From assembly GCA_012295275.1 (NCBI GenBank), contig CM022677.1:7750001-7814000 (forward strand): a DNA stretch of 64,000 nucleotides, written 5' to 3'. The notes under the pieces were generated by a model. It did no database searches. It was not told the origin of the DNA and worked only from the letters and a program-made list of their open reading frames with translations. The DNA comes from Chrysomallon squamiferum. Taxonomy: Eukaryota > Animalia > Mollusca. The position numbers and the translations under genes were made by a program. Positions 15,005 through 28,698 of the stretch are shown in pieces; position 1 is the first letter of the stretch, and every line of letters starts with the position of its first letter.

Positions 15005-15204
15005 NNNNNNNNNNNNNNNNNNNNNNNNNNNNNNNNNNNNNNNNNNNNNNNNNNNNNNNNNNNNNNNNNNNNNNNNNNNNNNNNNNNNNNNNNNNNNNNN
15101 NNNNNNNNNNNNNNNNNNNNNNNNNNNNNNNNNNNNNNNNNNNNNNNNNNNNNNNNNNNNNNNNNNNNNNNNNNNNNNNNNNNNNNNNNNNNNNNNNNNN
15201 NNNN
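15005..15204. other. Assembly gap (200 N)
   Basis: Run of N. Confidence 1.
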
Positions 15205-15912
15205 ACTGCATTTTTGTAACTATACGCATGTAATATTTCGCCAGTTTATTATCAGTCTTTCCATATTTCATCGTGTACCTGCCATTCTCTTTAAGTTATC
15301 CCTCTTCCATCGAACTATTAATAGATTATCATATTATACCTAGTATATTGTTTATTGTACTAATATTTTACAGACTTTTAAACTGTATGGTCAGGAACAT
15401 TTTAATTATAGAACAACCAAGTGTTTATAGATTGCCTAAAACATGTTTTGACAAATCGCAATATCTCAATCATAGAAAAATCACGGAAATACAGCATCAG
15501 TTATGTCCTTTTTGTAGATGTCGTATGTCACTAGTGTCGAATTCAGAACAAAAAAAAAAAAAAAAAAATAAAAAAAAAAAAAAAAAAATAAAACAATTGA
15601 ATCAAGAATGTTAAAGAAACCTAAAGCAAAAAATGTAATTTATTTTCATGAAGTAAAACAATCTTGGAGTAATTTTGTTTTCTCGCTAATAAATTATTAA
15701 TTTTGAAGTTATAAATAACCATAATGGTAATCTAAGACTAATTATAATTTGCAATCAATGCTTTATTGCAACTAATGTTTGTACGTCAGACCTCTGTCAG
15801 ATTATATTTATCAACTTTAGAGACGTAATGATTATTTATTTATTGTTTATTATTATTAGGATCATCATCATCATCATCAACTCACAAGAACAATATGTAA
15901 TTTTTATGTTGT

Positions 15913-17548
15913 GTTCATGATAATATTACGTGTTGTTTGCAAAATGGAACCAATAGAATGTATGCGCAGGAAGTGTGCAACCTGCTGTGACCTTTGCACT
16001 CTGTGTTACATGAGTGGAAAACATGATCTTAGTCATCCTTTCGTTCTCCATCAAACACAGACATCTACACTGTAAGTCAGCAAAACTGAGATTACATGAA
16101 TAAAACAACAAAGGAAAAAAACATATAAAAAGTAATAAAATTTAAAAACAAAAATTAAAAGGCCTTTTACTGTTAACAGTTTTGTACATTTATTTTAAAT
16201 TGAATTTAAAACCAATTTATCTTCACAAATGATTTTAAAAAGGAATGTATTACTGCTTAAAAGTGCTTAGAGTGCCTATTGATTCAAGAAATTTGCTAAA
16301 ACCAGAAACTGTACATGGAATTTGCCAGGTGCTGTGTTAAGAGAGGGTTACACTGGAAGTGGAGTAAATCAGGATGGTAAGTATTCTTTCAATAAAGAGT
16401 TCACAGTGAGGTCAGTACTCTGTTAAGATAGATTTATGGTAAAAAAAAGAGGATTTTTTTGGTTTTAAAATTTACAATTAGAAAAATTTACACCAAGGAG
16501 TTTAGTAATTTTATGCAAATCATAAAATATATTGTTTAAATCTTTGTTAGTTTATTATTTATCAATATAGTGTATTTAAATGTGTTCAGCCTTGATGTGT
16601 CATGGTGGGATATACACAAAGATAACAGCTGAAGCCTGTTATAATAATTGTGACAATAAGCATCACACTATTTTGTAATCATAAAGGAATTAATTATACT
16701 GATTTCATTTAAGTCCATATAACAAATATCTTTTCTGGCTATGAAAATGATTAAATGTGAAGTTTGAAAGAATCTGTTTGCATCTTTTCAAAGATTTTTC
16801 TTTATTTTGTTCAAATTTAGGTGAAGGAGCTGGTGATGTCATACATTTAGTAAAGTGGGGAAGAAATAGTTATAGAGGTGGTGTTTGAAGTTAAAATGCA
16901 AAAGCGGTTCAATGAATACCTACAGATGTGGAGGAGAAGGTTGTATGGATCTCATTCTGATTGCTGAAACAACGGATGTATTACTTTCCACAGCATCTTC
17001 CTGTGTTATGTGTGTTTCTTGAACTACCAGCAAATACATAACAACTATACTATCAAAAGTGATAAATTAACAAACTAATTAAAACCAACTTTTTTGATCT
17101 GCATAAACCTGTTATTCTTACTAAGTTTTGATCATTTTAGTTAATTTTAAAAGAAGCAGTAATGGACGTACCACAGAAGCTCCTAATAGTTTTTGACTTT
17201 TATTTTAATATCATTTTTTTTTTTACTTTGATTAAATTATCACAGATAATACTCTTAAACAACAACTATTAATAATGATGATGCATGTGATGAGATTATG
17301 ATGAGGAGGATAATGATGAAGATAAATTATAAACTAAAGTACTTTGTGGGTTTAGATGTGAGAAGCCAGTCAGAATATCAGTTGAAACCTGGAGACAAGG
17401 TACAAATGGATATAGATGTCAAAGTGGTGAAGAATTTTTTTTTATCAGAAACTAAATGTGGCATGAAAAGATATCTGATTTATTTAACTTTAATTAATTA
17501 TAACATAAATGTAATTTATTCATTACAATTAATACATAATGAAAAAAA

Positions 17549-17581
<33 letters not shown>

Positions 17582-19319
17582 GTCTATCTATATATATATA
17601 TATATATATATGAAATTATGAAAGTACCTTTCTTCTGCACTCAAATTTGTTTTGTCATTCAAATAAACAATTTTCATAATGTCTGTCTGTTTCTGACTGA
17701 AGGATAACAGCAATACTTTTTTTGTTCTATTTTATTGATTCTATTTAGGGTTTATTTTTAATTTTATTTATTTATTTATTAATTTATTTATGTATTTGCC
17801 ATTGCCAGGAACAGTCACTGAAATAAATGGCTCAAGAATAGAAAAAGTTCAGTATGAAGATGCACAGTCATGGTATTTCTTTAGATCAATGTTAACGAAG
17901 GTAATCTATTATTATTTACTTTAATTTAAAATGTTTTATTTTTATTTTTTATATATATAATTAAAGAAAAAATTTATATAGTCTTTATTTAATTTAATTT
18001 TGAAAGGTATCTCTTTCATGTTTTTAATTCATTTTAATTGACAAAGTATCTTCTATTTGTGGTCTTGTCTTTATGTTTAATTTAAATGTATCTATTTGTA
18101 TACTTTTTTATTTATATTGTTTTATTTGTTTTCCTGTAAAAGAAATTCCATTTTATACGGTTCTATTTTATTTTTTCAGAAGTATTTATTTAAGAATCCA
18201 TGCAGGTGAATGAGACTGTGGATGCAAACAGTCCATTACAACTGGCTTTGCTACACAGGTAGCAAGTGACGTTGTGAAAATTCTCTTATCATATAAAGCT
18301 GATCCAAATCTGGTTGATGAAGAAGGAGACACTGCTCTTCATTTTGCTGTCTCTCAGTAAGTTAAACTTTACATAACATCACTTCAGAGCAAGTTAAACT
18401 TTACATAACATCACTTCAGAGCAAGTTAAACTTTACATAACATCACTTCAGAGCAAGTTAAACTTTACACAACATCACTTCAGAACAAGTTAAACTTTAC
18501 ACAACATCACTTCAGAGCAAGTTAAACTTTACACAACATCACTTCAGAGCAAGTTAAACTTTACACAACATCACTTCAGAGCAAGTTAAACCTGTATTTG
18601 TACACAACATTTCATCTATCTGCTTTATAGTAAGATGAGTATTTAGTTAACATTATTTCACACTAAGTTAAAATTTCTTTCTTTTATATATTATCACTGA
18701 ATCAAGCTGTTTCCTAGTAAATTAAATGTGTATCATTACTTAATATCATTTCATTTCATAATGCAATTTTTATTAAGATTTATCTGCATCTTTATATCAT
18801 TTCACAATGCTGTTTTAGTAAATTATATCTATATCTTTATATAACATCATTTCATAATGCAGTTTTATTAAGATATATCTATATATTTATATAACATAAT
18901 TTCTTTATTCTGCCTCATGGTCAGTTATATCTATATCTTTATTAATCATCTCTTTCTCGTGCTGTTTAACAGTAAGATAAAAGCTATATTTTATATAACA
19001 TGTCACTTCATCATGTGGTTTCACAATATGTTAAATGTGTATCTTTAAATTATCACATAACTATTCTCTTTAAAGCTATAATTATACTTTTATATAACAC
19101 AGATACAAAATTGTGTCATTTCATGATTATTATGTTTTTCAGAGGCCAAGATGAAATTGTGAAAACCCTAACTGATAAAGATGCTGACATGAACAAAAAG
19201 AATAAAAAAGGACTGACACCATGTCACTAAGCAGTGACTGCAGACAATGAAGAAATTGTGAAAATCCTCACTGACAAGGGTTGTGTTGTTAACACACAGG
19301 TTACATGTGTATTTATTTT

Positions 19320-19385
<66 letters not shown>

Positions 19386-19790
19386 AAATAAAATGACACA
19401 ATGTATGTACAAATAACAACTCAGAAAGCTACCTAAATTTAAAAAATGCCCTTTTCTAATTATTATTCCTGTTTGCAAATTTTGCTTTGATAAATTTATT
19501 CTTGTAGCTTTATAATGAAGTTTTAACTTCATATTGCATCTGCTAATTGTCAATTTATTCTGATTTATAAAATTATTTCTTAATCATATAATTTTACATA
19601 TTTATTTTCAAAAGTTGTGCAAACATTGAGTTTGTTCTGACAAAGGGTTAATGATGAAGACATGCCACTCCATGCTATGAACAACTACCCATCTGTGAGA
19701 TGTTGATGAAGGTGAAGAAATTAAATGTGACATTTTCAACAGTGATGGAATGTCTGCTTTTCATGTGGCTGTAATAAATAATAAGGAAAA
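15913..19790 (+). pseudogene. Mind bomb-like (MIB1/MIB2 family) E3 ligase unprocessed pseudogene
   Basis: Exons in MIB order. ZZ finger at 15913-16071 (RKCATCCDLCTLCYMSGKHDLSHPF). MIB/HERC2 at 16271-16376 (KRGLHWKWS.QDG) and 16821-17009 (NTYRCGGEGCMDL...PQHLPVL). MIB repeat at 17356-17470 (LKPGDKVQMDIDV) and ~17800-17900. Ankyrins at 18206-18356 (KADPNLVDEEGDTALHFAVS), 19143-19300 (KNKKGLTPCH*AV) and ~19646-19790. Many frameshifts and stops; no RING seen. Confidence 0.88.
18359..18591 (+). repeat. 32-bp minisatellite, ~7.3 copies
   Basis: Unit AAGTTAAACTTTACAYAACATCACTTCAGAGC at 18359, 18391, 18423 and onward. It starts inside the splice donor of the ankyrin exon. Confidence 0.95.
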
Positions 19791-19850
19791 GTATGTATAG
19801 CTTTCAGCTGTCAAGTCAGTCAGCTGCCTTAATAAGAATGTTTAGAAAGA

Positions 19851-19884
<34 letters not shown>

Positions 19885-21084
19885 TTAAACATAGCGTTAA
19901 GGTGATCTCTATAACGTATCATCATGAAACAAATATTAAACAACTTAGCTAATTAGAATATTAATTGTTCCTGAAACAAACCCTTTATAGTCTGTTTATC
20001 ACATATTGGCTGTACTTGAAGAACATTTTGAGTATGTGAACACTCTTTGCTTTTATTTTTATTATATCATTGTCTTTCATGTAATCCTAGGTTTATAACT
20101 TGTATACTGTAACCACAACCTGAAACCACATAAAGTTGTACAATGATTTCTTAGAAATACAATTGAAAACAAGAACATTCTTAAAATGACTAAGAACAGC
20201 ACCAGCTCCTTCAGTGAGGCATCTTGTTTGTTGTGAGATGTGACATGTGAAGTGGATGATGGATCCTGGTGGTTGAGTCATGTTTGATGTCTGCAACTGA
20301 GTACATTGCCACTGACAATTATTCACTTTGATCTAGAGTTCATGCAGCTAATAGCTATTGATTTGTTTAATTTTGCTAGAATTAGAATTCTTATTTTTTA
20401 TTATTATTGTATGTCTGTATATGTATGTATTTATATTATTATTATTATAATTTTTATTTACTTATTTATTTATTTATTTATCAATTTTTCAATCTCTTAA
20501 CTGCATCTCCATCTTTCTGGTTATTTTTTTCTAAATTCTAATAATTCAAATTATTTTTTTTATTTTATTATTTATTTATTATTATTATTATTATTAATAT
20601 TGTAATTATTCTTTTTCTTTTTACAAGCTAGTTATAATTCTTTTTATTATTATTTTTTTCTTCATGTTTCTTTTTATTCAGTAGGGAGCAGACTTTTTTT
20701 TAGTTTTTTAATAAAACAAGTCACCTAGTAATATCTCAGAGAATTAATATTTTTGTTACTAGTGTAGATGTTCTGTCTTCCTTATTCAAAACCTGTTTCC
20801 ATTGATGATGTCGTATTTCTAGTGTTTGCTGAACAAACCCAAACAATAATGAAGTTGTAAACTTGTATTGTCAATATATTTTGTTTTCTGGAAATTATTA
20901 TTATTACTGATTTTTTTAGAACCAGTATTATTCTGATAACTTGTTTGTTACTATTAGTGTCTTTTAAATAGTTATTGTATTTATATTGACAGACACTTTT
21001 TTCTCTTAATTTCAAGGTCTGCCCTGAGTTAATATATGTATATAATTTGTTTTTCTTTCTATTTTTTGTTTGTTTTTTCCACAG

Positions 21085-23301
21085 AACTGATATAGGTTTC
21101 ATATCACTGAAAAAAACCAACAGCAGTTGGCACCAAAAACACCAGTATCACCATTAGACCTGAGACAAACTGACATCACCACACCAACCACTGAACACTC
21201 AAACTCAAACTGCGCCAAGAAACATCCAGACACACTAGAAAAGAAACCAGAAACACCACCATCCATTGCCAGAGGCATTTTGGTAAAAATAATGTCTAAG
21301 AAAGAAAGGGAACAGAACAAGTTTGATCATGTGATTCAACTGACTAATCTTTTTGTGAAACTGGAGTTTTTGTTGAAAGCAGCCAGACCAAGACTTAAAC
21401 AGCCACAAGCTTTAACACCAACATATCCACTTAGTCACATTTTAAATCTTTGAAAAACATTCAGGTAAATATGTCTGTAAATATGTCTTAGTCTATCTGT
21501 CTGTTTCTCTTTCTGCCCACCTCCTTATTTATTTATTTGATTTCTATCTCTGCTTTTCTGTTTGTATTTCTTTCCTTGAAAATGTGCACATAAATATGTT
21601 TATCTTTCTTACTATGTCTCTACTTAATATGCTTATCTGTTTTTCTGCCTGTTTCTTTATGTATCATTTCTTATTTGTTCCTAATTATCATTTTTTTTAG
21701 TTTTCTTTCTTTTTTCTTCCTTTCTTTTCTTTATGTTTTTAATAATGATTTTCTAAGTTGTAATAGTTTTTGAAGTATAACAAAGAAAGAAAAGATTATA
21801 TATAATCTTTCTGTAAGTTCTCTTTTGATAATTCTGAACATAAATAGCTTTAGCATCAGCAATTTAAGTAATTTTAAATTTATTTATAGTTTTAATTTAT
21901 AAAAATGCTCTTAAAACAGTTTTAGTAGACAGTTGACCCCAGGCTTTCCGAGCTGTGTGTTTGGCAGTGTGTTCTAACACAACAGTGATCTTCCTTAGCC
22001 TGACCACCAACAAAACAGACACTGAGAGTGCTGTGAGTAATCTGAATTATAACTGTTATAAAATCTTTTATAATAATAATAATAAAACCAGTTTAAAGAA
22101 TTCCATATTCATTACATAATGCTTACACCAATAACAAGAAATTATTTTTATATTTATATCTGTATAATTATGAGAAAAAAAATCTTATTTTCTCTTGTTG
22201 TTGTTGTTGTTGTTGTTCTTCTTCTTCTTCTTCTTATTATTATTATTGTTCTTGGTATTGTTATTATTATTATTAATATTATATTATATGTCACTGTTAT
22301 TGTTATTATTATTAGTAGTAGTAGTAATTAGTATATGTAATTAATGTGTAATTGTCACTTAGCTATTGATAGTGCTACTTCTGCTACTACCACTGTTACT
22401 AGTATTATTCAGCTAACAAAAAACAGTTACTAACAGTGACTTTCATTACACTAAATCAATTACCAGTAATTATTATATATCTATTTACCACTGTGTGTGT
22501 TACTGCTATTTGTACTGTTGCTACAAATGTTACTACAAATGTTATTTTTACCACTATTATTACATCTACTACTACTACTACTAGTACTACTACTACTACT
22601 ATGGTGTCTGCAGTTATTTACTACCTCTACATATTGTATCTACTGTACTGAATAACCTAAGCTAATTCTACCAAAGTTATCACTATTACTGTTACTGCTG
22701 CAATTACCACTATTTGTATTACTACTACTAGTATTGTTATTACAAACTATTACCACTGTTACTATTACTAGTACTGTTACTACTGATATTACAATTATTA
22801 CCACTATTACTGCTACTAGTTAGTACTTTATAACTATTAGTATTGATACAACAACTATGAATTCTGCTGCTGCTGTTACTACTATTACTACTACTACAAC
22901 TGCTGCTGCTACTACTGCTACTACTACTGTTACTGATACTAAAACTACTACAACTACTGCTGTGGCAACTACTCAACCACTGTTACAACTACTACCACTG
23001 CTAATGATACTATTACTACTGTTAAAACATTAATGTGTCTTCTTCTAACTAGATTTTAATAATAACAAATAAATAAGTGTAAACAATCTGTATTAATAGT
23101 TTTTACTACTAATACACACAACTTGAGTGTTTTGTTGCTAGCACTGTGTAATCAAAATATTGTTGGTAAACAGGAATATTTGGATGTATCAAGTAATTCT
23201 GTAGGAAATGATTACTTCTCTCACTGTGTCAGTCCAGCTCTTAAAACTCTCAGGTTTTCTTCTTATTATTCATGTCATTTTATTAACTTTTTCTTTATCT
23301 G

Positions 23302-23364
<63 letters not shown>

Positions 23365-23560
23365 CTGATACTCTGTCTCTCTTACTGTCTTTCTCTTTCT
23401 CTGTCTCCTCTAAGAAACCTTAGCTTCAAGAATCTTAATTTATCATTATATATTTTTAACTTTCTTATTTATTTATTTATACTGGTTTTATTAATATAAA
23501 TGTGTATTTCTCTATAATTTCAGAGCTATTTTCTGATAATGTATATTCTGCACATTGTGA

Positions 23561-23605
<45 letters not shown>

Positions 23606-23737
23606 GTTTTTATTTGTTTTTATTACCAGCTGGGATCACTTAATCTTGTATTCGGTTTTTTATCTGAATGATGCAAAAGTTAACAACCAAACTCTTATAG
23701 TTGATGGTAAATTTAGATTTGTAAAATATATTTACAT

Positions 23738-23811
<74 letters not shown>

Positions 23812-24124
23812 GTATATATACATACACACACGTGTATTTCATTCTGTAACTAGCTGGATTTGATGTATCAGAATATGTTTCAACTTTTTTTTCTTCTTCT
23901 GCTGATAGTTAAGATACAGTTAGGTTTGTTAATACTGTTTTTCATTTTTTTCAGATATTCCAGATTCCAAGTTCTCTACAGGAATTAAGTCTGAACTCCA
24001 GTTGTTTAACCAACCAGCTGTTTGAGTTTCCATATAAAACTCCTTTCTTTGAAAGACGTGGACATTGGAAATTGTCCTGATCTTTCTGTATCTGTCATTG
24101 ATGATTTAGTTAAACTTACTTCAG
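21085..24124 (+). pseudogene. F-box/LRR gene remnant, copy 1
   Basis: Splice-bounded exons: 21085-21464 (frameshifted LPE.ILVKIMS, F-box-like), ~21942-22032 (LSELCVWQCVLT), ~23176-23253 (EYLDVSSNSVGND...ALKTLR) and ~23955-24124 (SLQELSLNSSCLT...SLKDVDIGNCPDLS). Paralogous to the minus-strand copy at 37.4-40.5 kb. Confidence 0.6.
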
Positions 24125-24489
24125 GTAACTGTTTTTTAAATTTTATAAATTTTTATAATATTTGAATAATTATTCTATATATAATCCTAATCTTTCTCTA
24201 TCAGACAGACAATTTAGTTAAACCATATGCTAAGAATATTTAACTAAACTTTTTATTATGAAATAATTTTATGTAGATATTTTTAATGTATATAAATATT
24301 TTGTTTTGTTATATAGTTGTAATTATTATGTATTTGTTATTGAGTAGGTAATTATGTATAAACTGCTTGTTTCCTTTTTGCTTTTGTTCTCATGTTCTCT
24401 GTCTCTGAGTCTGTCTTTCAGTCTGTCTTTAAGCCTTTTATAATTAATTTTCTAATTTCAGCTTTACTTATATTTATATTCCTGAGAGT

Positions 24490-25205
24490 GAGTGAGTATG
24501 TGTGTATAAGCAATAGAGATAATTGCTCTGACAATAGTCTGTGTGTATGTGTGTGTGAATATCAGCAATAGTGCAAATTGCTATTCTGATCAGTTTGTGT
24601 GTGTATGTGTTGTATCAGCAACACTGATAACTGCTACTCTGACATTAGTGTGTGTGTTTGTGAGTGAGTGTGAGTGTACAAGCAATAATGATAACTGTTA
24701 TTCTGTGTATGTGTGTGTGACTGTGTTTGTGAGTGTATCAGCAATAGTGATAACAGCTACTCTGATAATAGTATGTGTGTGTGTCTTTGAGTGTATCAGC
24801 AGTAGTGATAACTGCTTCTGTGATAATAGTGTGTGTGTCTGAGTATCAGCTACAGTGATAATTGCTACTTTGATAATTGTGTGGGTATCGGAAATAGTGA
24901 TAACTACTACTATGATATCAGTATGTGTGTGTGTTTGTGTTTGAGTGTATCAGTGATAATTACTACTGTGATCATAGTATGTGTATGTCTGTATGTGTAT
25001 GTGTATGTCAGGAATTTTGATAATTGTTACTCTGATAATAGTGTGTGTGTATCAGCAATAGTGATAATTGCTACTCTGATAATAGTGTGTGTGTGTGTGT
25101 GTGTGTGTCACTGTGTTTGTGAGTAGTGTTAACTGTTTCTGTGATAATAGTGTTTGTGACTAAATCAGCAGTAGTGATCACTGCTACTCTGATAATAGTG
25201 TGTCT
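24490..25205 (+). repeat. Degenerate (GT)n-interspersed ATCAGCAATAGTGATAATTGCTACTCTGATAATAGT array
   Basis: More than 10 degenerate units. The same unit occurs at 57430-57800 (+) and 34095-34190 (-), in the paralogous gene copies. Confidence 0.85.
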
Positions 25206-25845
25206 GTATAAAAAGGAGTAATAATTAATAACTAGAGAATTCTATAAATAAAAGTCAGGACAAATATAATGTGTGTTTTTATAGGAGATGAGACTCAGTT
25301 GTACAGTGACAATGACTTTATTCTCATAAACTGTAGATTACACTTATTAACAAATGACAAATATACATTTTCAGGCTGGTCAAAAGCATCAGATGATGAA
25401 TAATATGAATTCTCTGGTGGAATATATACAATACAATTAAAATGTTATGATCTGTGTGTAAAACCCTGCTTTCTGTGTCCAGCCACATAATACATTTACA
25501 CTGTGATTCAATAATACTTATTTTAGTAGATAATTTTTTGTATATACAGCTACACCCCCAGATTTACAATGAGATAAAGAAACTGTTTTTATCATATACT
25601 TTATTATAAAGAATATTAATTAGTGATGGTTTCAAGTATCTCTGAGCTTACTTGCCAAATCTCACACGTTAATCTCTATTATTTTTAAAACTTAAGGGCT
25701 TACTTATTTATGATTTTTGTTTGGCGTATCTTTACAAACGAGAGAGTTTACTGACATTTGCTCAACACTGTTTTCACTTGGTAAGACTTGTCCTCCTCCA
25801 TTTTTCCTATTGCACTGAGTGAACTGACTTGTCTCAGTCAGAGTT

Positions 25846-26365
25846 TGGTTTGTGTTGTGTGATCTCTGTTGTCTTGTTTCTGTTGACTGAGTTGTTATGT
25901 TTGTGTTGTGTGATCTCTGTTGTCTTGTTTCTGTTGGCTGAGTTGTTATGTTTGTGATATCTCTGTTGTCTTGTTTCTGTTGACTGAGTTGCTATGTTTG
26001 TGTTGCTGTGATCTCTGTTGTCTTGTTTGTGTTGACTGAGTTGTTATGTTTGTGTAGTGTGATCTCTGTTGTCTTGTTTCTGTTGGCTGAGTTGTTATGT
26101 TTGTGATATCTCTGTTGTCTTGTTTCTGTTGGCTGAGTTGTTATGTTTGTGTTGTGTGATCTCTGTTGTCTTGTTTCTGTTGACTGAGCTGTTATGTTTG
26201 TGTTGTGTGATCTCTGTTGTCTTGTTTCTGTTGACTGAGTTGTTATGTTTGTGATATCTCTGTTGTCTTGTTTCTGTTGACTGAGTTGTTATGTTTGTGA
26301 TATCTCTGTTGTCTTGTTTCTGTTGATTGAGTTGTTATGTTTGTGTTGTGTGATCTCTGTTGTCC
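25846..26365. repeat. 51/46-bp minisatellite, ~10 copies
   Basis: Unit TTTGTG(TTGTG)TGATCTCTGTTGTCTTGTTTCTGTTGACTGAGTTGTTATG, in two length variants. Confidence 0.95.
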
Positions 26366-27499
26366 ATACTGTGACTGCTGAGACTGTTGCACTGGTGTTG
26401 ACTGATGAACTGGTGCAGATGAACATCCTTCTAATAGTGACTTCTTGACCAGCTTGGCTACTGCTTATTTTATCACATGTATGTGTAATGTTGTCTTTGT
26501 TTTATATACATTTTTAACATATACATAACGGATTCATTATTGTAACTATTTGCATAGCATAAGGTTGGTTTATTTATTCATTAGTGGCAAAAAATTTATT
26601 ATATTAAAGTGGCAGGAAAGAAGGTTACAATTAAATAATTTAGTTAAAATAATTTATTATAAATGATGTACATGATTGTTTAAGGTTAATTAAAGATTGT
26701 AAGAATAATCTCAAATGTATTTTCATCATGCTAGTCTGTTAGTATTTCAAGTAGATTCAGTATTAGAAGACCATTTTCTTACTGTCTAATGAATAGCTAT
26801 ATAGGTTTAAAATGTTTGTGTACTTAATATTCCTGGCAGTCTTCTTAAACTGGACTAAAAGACTAAAACAGTGTAAATATCAAATTTTAGCAAGTTAATA
26901 GAATTATTCAAATATACTGATGTATTGCTGTTTTAATCAATTTACATCAAAGATAAAAAATAATATTAAACTGATTGAAATTAAGAATATAAAAATACTT
27001 AATAAATTTCTTTTATTATTAAAAATTATATGGAAAAAAAAGAAAAATGTGGACTAAAATTCTTCTTGCTAAGACAGTGAAATACAGTTAGAGCTGACAA
27101 CAAAAATACTACTTGCACTTTATTTTATGTTTAGTTTATTAATGAATATTATATTTTGTTGTAGGATCCTAGACAACAGATTCAAGCTGCCCTAGCCAGC
27201 ACTTCAGTTGAAAATGTTGTAAGACACATTTTCAGAAAATGTTCAATAGATTACCACAATGCTATTACATCACAGTCTTCCCTGTCCAGAGAAAGCCATC
27301 TTTGTAAATAAGCTAAAATGAATATGATATTAGCATAGCAGTGTTAATTTTCATTATCATCTAATTATTTAAATCAGGGTTTAAATATATTTAAAATTTT
27401 GTAATTACGAGTAATTATAATTTTTTATAAAAATTTAAAAAAAACCCCCACAAAAAACGTTTGCAAAAAACAACAAAACATTTCTTTTATCTTTTTTTA

Positions 27500-27930
27500 T
27501 TATTATTTGAAATCAATAGCTTGCTGTGGGTAACCTTGTAAATATAATTGAAGAGTATGTAATTAAGGGTAATTTAATTTTTTTTATCAAAATAAAGAAT
27601 AAGAAAAAGAAAATGATTTTGTTTTCTTTATATTAGTTAAATCAGGGGAAATCAAGGGTTTGCTGGGGTACTTAATGTAAATATAATTGAAGATTGTGTT
27701 ATTAGGGTTAATTAGAATTTTTGTAAAAAATAAAATAAAAAAAGCATTTGTTTTTTTACTGTTATTTAAATCACAGGATTTTCAAGTGTTTGCTGGGGTA
27801 ATCATTGTCTAAATATTTTTTTGAAATTATTTAATTAGGGGTAATCAAACTTTTTCTAAAGAAAAAATTAAACATTTATTTCTTTACATTATTTAAATCA
27901 GGGGAAAAATCAAGGGTTTGCTGGGGGTCT
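27500..27930 (+). repeat. Degenerate ~125-130-bp tandem repeat, ~3.5 copies
   Basis: Recurring TTATTTAAATCA...CAAGGGTTTGCTGGGG...AATTAGGG. Confidence 0.6.
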
Positions 27931-28612
27931 AAATTGCCGTTTTATTTCTCCTTATTTAACATTTCTTTTTATGTCAAATTTCAATCGTGAAGAACGTAAC
28001 ACTGGTTTAATCTAAATTCTGTGTAAATTAGTCTCCGCTTAACGATATCTCACTTAAGGAACGAAAGAATAAAAGCTAATAATAATGACGAAAAGACATT
28101 AGATTTATACTAATAAAAAAATGTATATAAATATATTTTTCTTTTGTATGTGTGTATATTTGTGTATTCAACACAAACACAAAGTACTTCTGTATGTATA
28201 TGTGCACACACGTTATTAATTTTTGATTCTTTACATATTTAAATACATTATTAGTTATCATTTTTGAGTTTTCCATGAAATAAATATTTGGCAACAACAC
28301 TTGTTATTCCATTTAAAATGTATTTTAACAAGTAAAATTTAGTAACTTTCATTCACTATTACTCATGATTTCGGTGAGTTACAATTTAAAAAATTCTTAG
28401 ACCAAATTTATACATTTATTGCCTTCACAAAGTATACAAATCATTTCATTTTATTTTGTATTTTGTCCTGTTTTGTGTGAATGAATACCCCAGTATGCAG
28501 ATAAAAAAATAAATTAAAAAAATACAATTTTTATTTGAATCAGAAATCAACCTGTTTTAGTATTACCAATTAATATTATTTATTTTTATTGTTATTATTA
28601 TTATTATTATTG

Positions 28613-28652
<40 letters not shown>

Positions 28653-28667
28653 GATTATTATTACTTC

Positions 28668-28698
<31 letters not shown>

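Noticed and set aside
14999-15271. ORFs spanning N runs (also 53590-53982)
   Set aside because: They are gap artefacts.
20093-20326. GC-richer segment after the MIB exons as a further exon or RING domain
   Set aside because: I could not recover a convincing ankyrin or RING pattern from the frames I translated.
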